Of a stretch of 32,000 bases of DNA, positions 14,685-23,480 are shown piece by piece. The notes beneath the pieces are model-generated. The model worked only from the letters and a program-made list of their open reading frames with translations. It was not told the DNA's origin and did not search any database. The DNA lies in contig CP065004.1 of NCBI GenBank assembly GCA_016700135.1, positions 450,001-482,000 on the forward strand, in the 5' to 3' direction. Source of the DNA: Candidatus Saccharimonadota bacterium (lineage in GTDB: Bacteria; Patescibacteriota; Microgenomatia; UBA1406; GWC2-37-13). The stretch's first letter is position 1. Every line of letters begins with the position of its first letter. A program made the position numbers and the translations under genes.

Positions 14685-16376
14685 TTACCGCTTAAACATC
14701 TTGTCGATAGTTTTTAGATCAACTGATACTTGAAGCGGTCTTCCGTGGGGACAGGTATAGGGGTTCTCTACATTCTTCAGAGAATCAATAAGTTCTTTCA
14801 TCCGTACTTTTGTGAGCGGATCTCCTGCCTTAATAGCGCTTCGACATGCCAGGTAAGTAATCATCTTATGAGCATAGGAATCTACGGTTTGCATGCTCTC
14901 GCTTTCCTGCAGGATCTCGAGCATCTCCCTCAGAAGAGACAAGGGATCACGGTCTTTCATCAGATCAGGAACGGAACAAAGCTCCCATTTATTATTATTA
15001 GCTTGCAGCATAATTCCGAATTTTATAATACGTTCCTGATATTCTTTTACCGTTTCCTGTTCCGATAGCGACAAATCCAGTGATATTGGTTGTTTGTACG
15101 TATAAATATCTTTTTGGGAGAGTCCTTCTTCATATGCCTTGAGGAACCGTTCATATAACACTCGCTCATGTGCTGCATGCTGATCAATAAGAAGCAAGCC
15201 GCCTTTCGCCTGTAACAGGATATATGTGTCATGGATCTGCATAAGATCTTTCGTATCAAAATCTTTCGGTGATCCTAGGACTTGCTCTTTGAGTCTGTGC
15301 GCAGCATATGTCTGTGTTCCTCCGTCCCGGATCTGAAGTTCGGGAGCATTCTCCGTATTCTGCCACCTTTTATCATAAAATCTTAGGTTTTGACTCTTCA
15401 AGCTTTTGACAATACCGTCATACACCGCCTGATAGACTGCTTTCGGTTGCATGAACTTCACCTCCTCTTTTCTCGGATGGACATTTACATCGACCAGATG
15501 ATGTGGAATTTCAAGATGTATGATCACTTGCGGATAATCAGTCGGTGAAAGGAGCGTCCCGTAGGCATCTTTAATGGCACCTGCTATTGTCGTATCTGTG
15601 ATAGGCCGTCCGTTTAAATACAAAAAATACTGTTTCGTCGTTTTGTAGGTAAGTTGTGGTTTTGATATATATCCTGACAGAGAAAGATATTCCTGCACTT
15701 CACTCACGGGAATAAGTTCTTTCAAAACGGATCCGGGAAGAAGAAGCTCCAACCGTGCTTCAAAATCCGAGACAGCGGGATATGTTGCAGTCAGTTTATT
15801 GTTATGAAAAATCTGAAATCTGATTGCGGGAAAACTCAGTGCGTACGAGCTGATCATGGATATAATGTGTCGATATTCAGTCTGCTCCGATCGTAAAAAT
15901 TTTTTTCGGGCGGGAGTTTTGGTAAAAATATGACTGACCGAGATATCGGTACCTTGAGGCATAGGGACAATTCTGGCATCCGTTTTTTTTCCGTTTTCAA
16001 TAATGACTCGGTACCCGGCGATATCATCGGGAGTGCGGCTTGCTATAGAAAGACGGCATACTGATGCGATACTCGCCAAAGCTTCACCGCGGAAACCGAA
16101 CGATTGAATGTTTTGAAGATCATCTTCATCATAGATCTTACTGGTAGTGTGCCGGAGATATGAGAGTTCTATATCTTCCCGGGTCATACCGATTCCGTCA
16201 TCAATAACTTCAATTGCCTCCATCCCGAAACCTGACAGCCTGATAATAATCGATTTTGCAGAAGCATCTATTGCATTGTCAAGAAGCTCTTTCAGGATGT
16301 AAACCGGCCGTTCAATCACCTCACCGGCGGCTATTTGGTTGATCAGATGATCAGGAAGGTGATGAATAATTCCCAT
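14685..16376 (-). CDS. mutL: DNA mismatch repair protein MutL
   Basis: The N-terminal IHHLPDHLINQIAAGEVIERPVYILKELLDNAIDA is the GHKL ATPase signature of MutL. 563 aa. Confidence 0.9.
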   Translation of the reverse strand: MGIIHHLPDHLINQIAAGEVIERPVYILKELLDNAIDASAKSIIIRLSGFGMEAIEVIDDGIGMTREDIELSYLRHTTSKIYDEDDLQNIQSFGFRGEALASIASVCRLSIASRTPDDIAGYRVIIENGKKTDARIVPMPQGTDISVSHIFTKTPARKKFLRSEQTEYRHIISMISSYALSFPAIRFQIFHNNKLTATYPAVSDFEARLELLLPGSVLKELIPVSEVQEYLSLSGYISKPQLTYKTTKQYFLYLNGRPITDTTIAGAIKDAYGTLLSPTDYPQVIIHLEIPHHLVDVNVHPRKEEVKFMQPKAVYQAVYDGIVKSLKSQNLRFYDKRWQNTENAPELQIRDGGTQTYAAHRLKEQVLGSPKDFDTKDLMQIHDTYILLQAKGGLLLIDQHAAHERVLYERFLKAYEEGLSQKDIYTYKQPISLDLSLSEQETVKEYQERIIKFGIMLQANNNKWELCSVPDLMKDRDPLSLLREMLEILQESESMQTVDSYAHKMITYLACRSAIKAGDPLTKVRMKELIDSLKNVENPYTCPHGRPLQVSVDLKTIDKMFKR

Positions 16377-16386
16377 AGCTTATATC

Positions 16387-16641
16387 TTACACTGACTTTT
16401 TCAACTCATCGAGAATGTTGATGGCATCAAGAGGTGTAAGTCCGTTAATATCCAAAGATTGTAATTTCTTTTCAACTGTCGTTTTATTCTTTTGTGAAAC
16501 TTTAGTTTGCTTTTTTGTCCTTTTTTCACCGGTTTCAAGCTCATGAAGCTTATTCCAGGCAGTATCAATGACTGTTTCGGGAAGGCCGGCCTGTTTGGCA
16601 ACCGCCACACCGTAACTATGAGATGCCGCCCCTTCCTGTAT
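16387..16641 (-). CDS. mutS: MutS C-terminal fragment (out of frame with the main mutS ORF)
   Basis: This frame reads TIQEGAASHSYGVAVAKQAGLPETVIDTAWNKLHELE..., the conserved MutS domain V end. It starts directly after the premature stop of the 769-aa ORF. Confidence 0.7.
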   Translation of the reverse strand: MQEGAASHSYGVAVAKQAGLPETVIDTAWNKLHELETGEKRTKKQTKVSQKNKTTVEKKLQSLDINGLTPLDAINILDELKKSV

Positions 16642-16643
16642 CG

Positions 16644-18953
16644 TTACAGAAATACCGGTTCCCCGTCCTGGTCCGTAACTGCCATATGAGCATTGGAAAT
16701 GCGGTCAGGATAGTTGTCCTCCAACTCCTGGAGTTCATGATAATGAGTTGCAAAAAGAGTTTTGGGTTTTTCCGTACCCGTAACTAAATACTCGGCAACT
16801 GCCCAGGCAATACTGATACCGTCGTAGGTACTTGTTCCTCTTCCGATTTCATCCATAATCACGAGACTTTTTGATGTTGCTTTGTGCAGAATTTGTGCAC
16901 TTTCTACCATCTCCACCATGAACGTGGATAGCCCGTCTGCGATCATATCGGATGCCCCGCTTCTGACAAAGATTCTGTCAACGACGCAGAGCTTTGCTTC
17001 TTTTGCCGGCACGAACGAACCGATTTGGCTTAACAAAACTATTGTTGCAACCTGCCGCAAGAAAACGGATTTTCCGGCCATATTGGGGCCGGTTATAATT
17101 GTCACCTGATGCTTTCCGTCATCAAGAAGCGCATCATTCGGCACAAACTGCCGATCCTCAAAGATTGACTCAACAACCGGATGTCGGCCGGCCATAATGG
17201 TAATGGCATTCTCGTCGGTAAGTATCGGTCTGACAAATTGCTCCTGCTCGGCAATATCCGCAAATGTCAACAAACAATCAAGTACCGCAATGGCATCCGC
17301 TGCCTGCTGTATCAACGTAATACGATCAACCACCCACTCACGGACTTCACAAAAAATTGCATATTCCATGTCGTGTGATTTCTCTTCTCCCGTCAGAATA
17401 GACTCTTCTTTTTCTTTTAATTCCTGGGTAATATACCGTTCCCCGTTTACTAAAGTCTGCTTTCTGATATATTCTTCCGGAACCAAATGCAAATTCGATT
17501 TACTTATCTCAATGTAGTAGCCGAATACCGAATTGAACTTTACTTTAAGAGATGATATTCCGGTTTTCTCCTGTTCCTGCTTTTCCAGAATTTGAAGCCA
17601 TTCTTTGTCTTTTGCGATTATGCTGCGCAGTTTGTCCAAAGTTGAATCCACTCCCTCTTTGATAAGGCCGCCTTGTTTCAGGTCAAACGGAGGATCACGA
17701 ACAATATGTTTTTCAATAAACGTAATTATTTCCTGTACTTTTTCATCGACTGACTTATACAGCTCCTGCAGCAAAGGACTTTTCGCTTTTGCAATCGCTT
17801 TTTTTATTTGAAAAATATGAGACAAGGAATCCTGAAGACTGACCAAATCACGGGCATTCCCAGCTTCAAGAGATATTCGGGCAATGGTACGCTCAACATC
17901 GTGAGTCTGCCGCAAATGCTCGCGCAGAGATTTCCTGATGTCGTGATTTTTTAACAATTCCTCTACTGCTTCGTGCCTTTTAAGTATTTCATTTTTTTCA
18001 ATGAGAGGATTTTTAAGCCAGGTCCGCAGTTTCCGGCCGCCCATGGCAGTCGCAGTCCTGTCAAGGTACTGAATCAGACTTCCGCGAGTCTCTCTGTTTC
18101 TGATCGTCGAAAACAATTCAAGATTGATGATCGTTGCCCGATCAAGATACATATGATGCGCTTTCGGTACATGAGTTATAGTTTTAAAATGAGGAATACT
18201 GCTTTTTTGGGTGTACTGCAAATAATGCAGCAGAAGGCCAGCTGCGTAAACAGCCCGTTTGTCTTTTGAGACATCAAAAAGTTCGATCTGACGGCCGAAC
18301 TGTGCTGACAATATCTCCCGGGCTTTCATTTTGAACTGTTTCGAAGACCCGAAGGTATTGATGTTGAGTCCGTCATGTCGGGAAAGACGACCTAGAATAT
18401 CTGGATCATTGTATTGTTCGTCAAAAAGGACACATTCAGACGGTCTCAACCGCACGATCTCATCATCAAGGACAGTGCCGTCCGCACCGTCAAACTGCGT
18501 CATATGAAAATGTCCTGTCGTCAGATCAGCAAGGGCAAAGCCTATCGTGTTGTTGTGAAAGAACAAAGACATAATATAATTATTTTCCTTTTGGTTAAGT
18601 GATTGATCATCAAGGACAGTACCAGGCGTGACAATGCGAATTACCTTCCGGTCAACCAATCCTTTTCCATCAGGAAGACTTACCTGTTCACAGATTGCGA
18701 CTTTAAATCCTGATTTAATAAGTTTCGCAAGGTATGAATCCACCGCATGATACGGAACTCCGGCCATTGGTATCCGGCCGTCCTGCCCGCGCGCACGACT
18801 GGTGAGCGTGATCTCAAGAGCCTTTGCACCGATCTCGGCATCTTCTAAAAACAGCTCATAGAAGTCCCCCATGCGAAAAAACAACAGACAATCCGGATAC
18901 TGCTTTTTCACTTCCATGTACTGCTGCATCATGGGTGTTGAGAAGTCGTGCAT
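16644..18953 (-). CDS. mutS: DNA mismatch repair protein MutS (first 769 aa; ends at a premature TAA)
   Basis: The N-terminal TPMMQQYMEVKKQYPDCLLFFRMGDFYELF is the mismatch-binding domain. Walker A is ITGPNMAGKSVFLRQV. DEIGRGTSTYDG and FATHYHEL are present. The ORF ends ...DGEPVFL* where MutS proteins continue. Confidence 0.9.
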   Translation of the reverse strand: MHDFSTPMMQQYMEVKKQYPDCLLFFRMGDFYELFLEDAEIGAKALEITLTSRARGQDGRIPMAGVPYHAVDSYLAKLIKSGFKVAICEQVSLPDGKGLVDRKVIRIVTPGTVLDDQSLNQKENNYIMSLFFHNNTIGFALADLTTGHFHMTQFDGADGTVLDDEIVRLRPSECVLFDEQYNDPDILGRLSRHDGLNINTFGSSKQFKMKAREILSAQFGRQIELFDVSKDKRAVYAAGLLLHYLQYTQKSSIPHFKTITHVPKAHHMYLDRATIINLELFSTIRNRETRGSLIQYLDRTATAMGGRKLRTWLKNPLIEKNEILKRHEAVEELLKNHDIRKSLREHLRQTHDVERTIARISLEAGNARDLVSLQDSLSHIFQIKKAIAKAKSPLLQELYKSVDEKVQEIITFIEKHIVRDPPFDLKQGGLIKEGVDSTLDKLRSIIAKDKEWLQILEKQEQEKTGISSLKVKFNSVFGYYIEISKSNLHLVPEEYIRKQTLVNGERYITQELKEKEESILTGEEKSHDMEYAIFCEVREWVVDRITLIQQAADAIAVLDCLLTFADIAEQEQFVRPILTDENAITIMAGRHPVVESIFEDRQFVPNDALLDDGKHQVTIITGPNMAGKSVFLRQVATIVLLSQIGSFVPAKEAKLCVVDRIFVRSGASDMIADGLSTFMVEMVESAQILHKATSKSLVIMDEIGRGTSTYDGISIAWAVAEYLVTGTEKPKTLFATHYHELQELEDNYPDRISNAHMAVTDQDGEPVFL

Positions 18954-19017
18954 AGTAGTGTATTACTGTACCATATTTTCGTGTATCATGGAACTATACT
19001 TATAATTTACGACATCT

Positions 19018-19443
19018 ATGTCTGAACGAATAATCGGATATACCCTTCTTGGAATCGGAATTATTATGATCATTATTACCACCTTCCAGATTTTTTCCGT
19101 CTTTACTGGGAAAGCAACACCGATTCAGGTTTTTAAAGTTGAAAAAACCTCAGCGAAAACACAACCATCTACGACAGATCTTCTGGAAAAATTGCAGCAA
19201 GGGGACATTTCGGCACTACTCGATTCCGGTTCAGGTAGTATTCCCGGCCTTGAAGTAATCAGCCCGGAAGCCATATACAAAATGCTGAACATTACCGTAT
19301 ATTATTTTCTGATGATGTTTTTATTGAATGTGGGCTACAAAATTGCCTCGCTCGGGATCCAGATGGTACGCCCCGTCAAAGTAGAAGTAATAAATAATAA
19401 GCTTGCCTCGATGATGTCACAAAGTGAAGAACAATCCTCATAA
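19018..19443 (+). CDS. hypothetical membrane protein
   Basis: 141-aa ORF with N-terminal and central hydrophobic helices. Its stop overlaps the next start (TAATG at 19441-19445). Confidence 0.45.
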   Translation: MSERIIGYTLLGIGIIMIIITTFQIFSVFTGKATPIQVFKVEKTSAKTQPSTTDLLEKLQQGDISALLDSGSGSIPGLEVISPEAIYKMLNITVYYFLMMFLLNVGYKIASLGIQMVRPVKVEVINNKLASMMSQSEEQSS

Positions 19444-20327
19444 TGACTATGTCAAAGCATCCACAGACTCACCATTTCAACGCACTTAAAAAACGATGGA
19501 TCAAAAAACATCAGGAGATCCAAAAAAAGATTAAAGAAAAGCACACTGAATCCATGAAGTGGATCGGTGATAACTCAAAACATATTGCCGTGGGCTCCAT
19601 GACAGGACTTTTGATGCTGGCACACCCTGCGAATGCAACCGTCCTCACTCAGAACCTCCTGCCTCCCCCTCCTGCAGAAGAACGGAAAGCATACACGAAA
19701 GAGGACCTTATCAGTCAGCTCAAAGCCCAGCTTCCCGAGACCGTGCAGGAATTGTCGGCAGAACAACAAATCGCAGTAGGCCATACATTATCAACCTTTT
19801 TTAATATGACTGTTTCCTCCACACTTGAAGGCAAAAGCCTCAACAGGAGCTACGGCATAATCGGTGCTGAGCAGCATCTGATGAGATACCCGGGGGATAC
19901 CATGGACACGCACTTTCAGTCAAGCGAAGATACGAAATACTGGTCTTCAGGGATGGCTCCGGGACGCGGAGCATGGGGATATTTTACCGATTCACGGGAT
20001 ACTATGACCCAACGGGATGTTGATCGCGAAAAATATTATATTGCCGTACAGACTTTTCTTGCACCGGGTTGGCAGGAAAATCCGAATGAACTATACAAGT
20101 TTTTTAAATACAGGAAAATGCTGGTTGTCAATCCGGAAAACGGGAAAGCCATAGTGGTTGTGATCGGCGATGCCGGCCCGGCGCCGTTTACCGGCAAACA
20201 CCTGGGAGGATCGCCTGAAGTGATGGCACATCTTGAACGGAAAGACGGCGGAGCAAAAGGCCCCGTGTTATACTTTTTTATCGACGATCCTGAAGATAAA
20301 ATTCGGTTAGGGCCGGTTGAGTTATAA
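19443..20327 (+). CDS. hypothetical exported protein; the C-terminus may be an RlpA-like double-psi beta-barrel
   Basis: 294-aa ORF translationally coupled to the previous gene. YRKMLVVNPENGKAIVVVIGDAGPAPFTGKHLGGSPEVMAHL loosely follows the RlpA/DPBB pattern (v-V-N-x-nGk-vvv-i-D-GP). Confidence 0.35.
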   Translation: MTMSKHPQTHHFNALKKRWIKKHQEIQKKIKEKHTESMKWIGDNSKHIAVGSMTGLLMLAHPANATVLTQNLLPPPPAEERKAYTKEDLISQLKAQLPETVQELSAEQQIAVGHTLSTFFNMTVSSTLEGKSLNRSYGIIGAEQHLMRYPGDTMDTHFQSSEDTKYWSSGMAPGRGAWGYFTDSRDTMTQRDVDREKYYIAVQTFLAPGWQENPNELYKFFKYRKMLVVNPENGKAIVVVIGDAGPAPFTGKHLGGSPEVMAHLERKDGGAKGPVLYFFIDDPEDKIRLGPVEL

Positions 20328-20448
20328 CAAAGAAGCGGCGAAAGTATCCGTTTTGAACGACTTGGGAGGTGCGCAATCCGATCATTATCGGATGAGCACG
20401 CCCACAGAGTAAAAAAACGTGATACTGAGGCGCGACCTATTCATATTT

Positions 20449-20781
20449 ATGAAAAAACACTTTTACACACATTTAGTCGAAATCGAAACCATTTATACGG
20501 AACTTGATACTCTTCCCATGCACAAACATGAGAAAGATGAACTGGTTGAAATTGTTCACTCTACAATTCATCACGTCGTAATCGATACAGTCCTGTCAGA
20601 ACTTCCTGAAGAGGATAAAAAAATGTTCCTTTCACATGTTCATAATGAAAATCATGACTCCGTATGGAACCTTCTTAAAGAAAAAATTGAGAAGTCAGAA
20701 GAAAAAATAAAACAGGCGGTCGAACAATTGAAAAAAGAATTTCATCAGGATATTGATGAAATTAAAAAAGAAAAAAACTAA
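20449..20781 (+). CDS. hypothetical small helical protein
   Basis: The ORF is 20419..20781. The ATG at 20449 (MKKHFYTHLVEIE...) is the more plausible start. The protein is charged and helical, with no family recognised. Confidence 0.4.
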   Translation: MKKHFYTHLVEIETIYTELDTLPMHKHEKDELVEIVHSTIHHVVIDTVLSELPEEDKKMFLSHVHNENHDSVWNLLKEKIEKSEEKIKQAVEQLKKEFHQDIDEIKKEKN

Positions 20782-20822
20782 TATTTACGTTCCGTTTACA
20801 CTTCTCTGCTAAGCTATACCCT

Positions 20823-21164
20823 ATGGAAAAACACCTTTGGACCGCAAAAGTCATGACGGATATTCTTGAACGCCGTTTTAAACTATTCGGATTTGAATTC
20901 GGAATTGATCCCATAGTCGGTCTTGTTGCGGGTGCCGGGGATATTATTACCGTCATTCTCGGCCTATATTTTGTCTGGATTGGCCTGCGGATAAATATTC
21001 CCATCAACAAACTCTTTGAAATGCTTTGGAACTTGGGACTTGATTTTGCTCTCGGAAGTATTCCTCTTATCGGAGATATCTTTGATTTTACATTCAGAGC
21101 GCATGCGAAAAACTACACAATACTAAAAGATCATTATGAAAAAAACGGACTTTACAAAACGTAA
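20823..21164 (+). CDS. DUF4112-family membrane protein
   Basis: FGIDPIVGLVAGAGDIITVILGLYFVW...GSIPLIGDIFDFTFRAHAKN matches the conserved DUF4112 blocks. Confidence 0.65.
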   Translation: MEKHLWTAKVMTDILERRFKLFGFEFGIDPIVGLVAGAGDIITVILGLYFVWIGLRINIPINKLFEMLWNLGLDFALGSIPLIGDIFDFTFRAHAKNYTILKDHYEKNGLYKT

Positions 21165-22264
21165 AGAACCCCCTGCCTTGCATTGGTGCTGCATGAAAAA
21201 CTGATCGTTCCTGTCTCTTTCGGCACAAACTCAAAAATATTGTCACCTGGTTCGAGCGCCTGAGCTATCCCGAGTTTCGGAACATTGAGGAAGCCCTGAC
21301 ATCCGTATACATTAATCCCGTTTACGATCCACTTGACGGGAATGTTTCTCTGAAGCCGAAACGTGTTCGGATGATAACCGTCTGATAAGACATCCATTTT
21401 CACTACCTGAAATCCGTTTTCAAAGCTTACACTACCTTCTTTTTTCGTATAGCTTTCTCCCCCGAAATTACCGATATCTGTATACAATCTGACTGTGTTG
21501 ATAATATACCCCACACTGGCAAGAATGATCGTAACCGCCACCGTTTTCATAAACCAGGGATACCAGGATGTTTTGGTAAAGAATGACGTAAAACTAAGTG
21601 CCATTAAGGCAGGGACGGTTCCCAAAGCAAAGACTCCCATCAGCATCATGCTATACCATGGGTCGGCTGTGCCCAACGCAAAGACCTGAACGGTCTGGGA
21701 AAATCCGCAGGGCAAATAATAGGTGAGTGCTCCCAAAAGAAGAGCCGTTTTTTTTGGCTGCTTAGCAAATAGCTGTTCAATTTTCCAAAAAACTTTGGTA
21801 AACCGTTTATTCGGAAGTATTGATGAAAGTGATACAATCCCCAACATATCAAGAGCAATAAAAACCATAACGGCACTGACTGTCATATTTAGTAAAACCG
21901 CATTCTGGTAATTCACGCTTACTTTTTGCCCGACCCATCCCAACAGGAAACCAAACAATGCATATGCACCCACTCTCCCGATATTAAACGCCAGTGCCGG
22001 CCAAATTTTATTCGTATTTAATCTTCCGATCGTCGACAAAAATACAGTCCCTGATGTTGCCATACAAGAAGATATTGAAGCAACAAGCCCCAAGACGAAA
22101 ACAACTGGTAATGTAAGTTTAACATTATCAATTGGAGGAATGACGTTCACCTCAGTGAGCATCAGATATCCCGCCATCACAATGATAGATATAAGGATTG
22201 CTGTAATGATACGCTGAGTACGGGAAGTGCGTTCCTCAGACGGGACTGCACAGGATTCATTCAT
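21152..22264 (-). CDS. TauE/SafE-DsbD_2-type membrane protein fused to a C-terminal cupredoxin-like domain
   Basis: About 270 aa of TM helices (SISSCMATSGTVFL..., YYLPCGFSQT) followed by a soluble beta-rich C-terminus (YHPNTFRLQRNIPVKWIVNG...ISFSCS), as in cupredoxin_1-type fusions. Confidence 0.5.
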   Translation of the reverse strand: MNESCAVPSEERTSRTQRIITAILISIIVMAGYLMLTEVNVIPPIDNVKLTLPVVFVLGLVASISSCMATSGTVFLSTIGRLNTNKIWPALAFNIGRVGAYALFGFLLGWVGQKVSVNYQNAVLLNMTVSAVMVFIALDMLGIVSLSSILPNKRFTKVFWKIEQLFAKQPKKTALLLGALTYYLPCGFSQTVQVFALGTADPWYSMMLMGVFALGTVPALMALSFTSFFTKTSWYPWFMKTVAVTIILASVGYIINTVRLYTDIGNFGGESYTKKEGSVSFENGFQVVKMDVLSDGYHPNTFRLQRNIPVKWIVNGINVYGCQGFLNVPKLGIAQALEPGDNIFEFVPKETGTISFSCSTNARQGVLYVL

Positions 22265-22354
22265 ACGACGAAGATAAATTGTATACTCCTTCTTACCAAC
22301 ATTTTACACTATTTCCTTGTCATTTTAATTCATCTCTGCAATACTATAGAACAT

Positions 22355-22660
22355 ATGCAAAAGCAAAAAGATGACACACAAAATCAGGATAAGGATTTGA
22401 AAGACCACGGAGTACAGGATATTATTCCCGAAAACGGTGAATACTATACCGTTGATCTTCAGCGTGATTTCGACGGTCTGGAAACAGACGAGGAAGAAAC
22501 GACGGATATTGCAGGTGAAAACCCCCTTGATGAAAGTGATGATGATATGGCAGATATTGTTGATAACGAAGAAGATGAGAATGTTGTTGATGAAGATAAT
22601 GAAGGCGGTGTTGAGGTCGGAGAACCGGGCCACTGGGGCGTTGATGAAGATACAGATTAA
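22355..22660 (+). CDS. extremely acidic small protein (23 Asp + 16 Glu of 101 aa), function unknown
   Basis: The ORF ends 7 nt before the cupin start on the same strand. It has no Lys/Arg after residue 37. The overlapping alternative ORFs look like low-complexity shadows. Confidence 0.45.
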   Translation: MQKQKDDTQNQDKDLKDHGVQDIIPENGEYYTVDLQRDFDGLETDEEETTDIAGENPLDESDDDMADIVDNEEDENVVDEDNEGGVEVGEPGHWGVDEDTD

Positions 22661-22667
22661 TTTCTTT

Positions 22668-22961
22668 ATGCATTCTCCTCTTTTCTATAAGAATCTTTCC
22701 GACGAAGAAATCGAACATCACATAAAGAAGGAGGGTTTCGTACCGCTTCGTATAAGTAATGCTCCCGGGTATGTGTACTCTCCTCATGAACATCCCGAAA
22801 CAAAGCTTATTGCAGTACTTCAGGGAGAGTTGCAGGTTGTAGTTCAGAACCAGAAATATCTATGTAAAAAATACGATAAAATAGTAATTCCCGGCAATAT
22901 TACACATTCTGCCGTTGTCGGAAAAGAAGGTTGCACCTTCTTTTGGGCAGAGAAAAAATAG
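22668..22961 (+). CDS. cupin-domain protein
   Basis: YVYSPHEHPETKLIAVLQGELQVVV...IVIPGNITHSAV carries the two cupin motifs. The ATG at 22668 trims the implausible N-terminal 77 aa of ORF 22437..22961. Confidence 0.6.
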   Translation: MHSPLFYKNLSDEEIEHHIKKEGFVPLRISNAPGYVYSPHEHPETKLIAVLQGELQVVVQNQKYLCKKYDKIVIPGNITHSAVVGKEGCTFFWAEKK

Positions 22962-22964
22962 CAC

Positions 22965-23417
22965 ATGAATATTCTCACTATTTATGAAACTTACTCAAGT
23001 TCGACGGAAACCGTTTCCGGTATTATTGCCAAACAGCTGACTGAGAAAGGTCATACCGTCAACATAACGAGAATGAAAGATAATATGGGGTTTATGAATG
23101 AGAAACATGATCTGGTAATCTTCGCCACACCGAGCTGGTTTGACCGAGGACAGGAAGGTCAGCCTCATATGGCATTTTTACAATATATGGACGAGCACAC
23201 AAACGATGATTTTTCTGCCCTTTCATGCGCTTTTGTGGGATTGGGAGACTCAAGTTATGCCCATTTCTGCCTTGCCATTGATACCCTTGAGGACTTTTTT
23301 ACAAAACGCGGAGCAAAAAATATCGGAGAAACACTGAAGCTGGATAATTTTTACTTTAATCCTCAAGAAGAAACAAAAAAACTTACGGTGTGGATTGATT
23401 CCCTTCCCCTCTCTTAA
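22965..23417 (+). CDS. flavodoxin-like protein
   Basis: MNILTIYETYSSSTETVSGIIAKQL...DLVIFATPSW...FVGLGDSSY follows the short-chain flavodoxin layout. 150 aa. Confidence 0.6.
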   Translation: MNILTIYETYSSSTETVSGIIAKQLTEKGHTVNITRMKDNMGFMNEKHDLVIFATPSWFDRGQEGQPHMAFLQYMDEHTNDDFSALSCAFVGLGDSSYAHFCLAIDTLEDFFTKRGAKNIGETLKLDNFYFNPQEETKKLTVWIDSLPLS

Positions 23418-23434
23418 GCATTTTACACACTAAA

Positions 23435-23467
23435 AAAGGCAGCCTGATTTTTAGTCAAGCTGCCTTT
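23435..23467 (-). terminator. intrinsic terminator downstream of rpsA
   Basis: AAAGGCAGC (23435-23443) pairs with GCTGCCTTT (23459-23467). On the minus strand the hairpin is followed by a T tract (plus-strand AAA at 23432-23434, continuous with the AAA at the base of the stem). Confidence 0.55.
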
Positions 23468-23480
23468 CCGAAATTCATAT

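Noticed and set aside
16401-16610. 69-aa minus-strand ORF (MWRLPNRPAFPKQ...) overlapping the MutS C-terminal fragment.
   Set aside because: It is the third frame of the same DNA. The neighbouring frame gives the conserved MutS sequence SYGVAVAKQAGLPETVI, so this frame is non-coding.
20369-20399. Stem-loop GTGC..ATCCGAT-catt-ATCGGAT..GCAC after the 19443-20327 gene, considered as an intrinsic terminator or riboswitch-like element.
   Set aside because: No U tract follows on either strand (an A run follows on the plus strand), and I recognise no riboswitch consensus. It remains an unexplained hairpin of low priority.
22325-22793. Minus-strand ORFs 22325..22633 and 22422..22793, and the first 77 codons of plus-strand ORF 22437..22961.
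   Set aside because: These are low-complexity alternative readings of the GAT/GAA-rich acidic gene. The cupin homology only begins at the Met at 22668, and the acidic ORF ends cleanly 7 nt before it.
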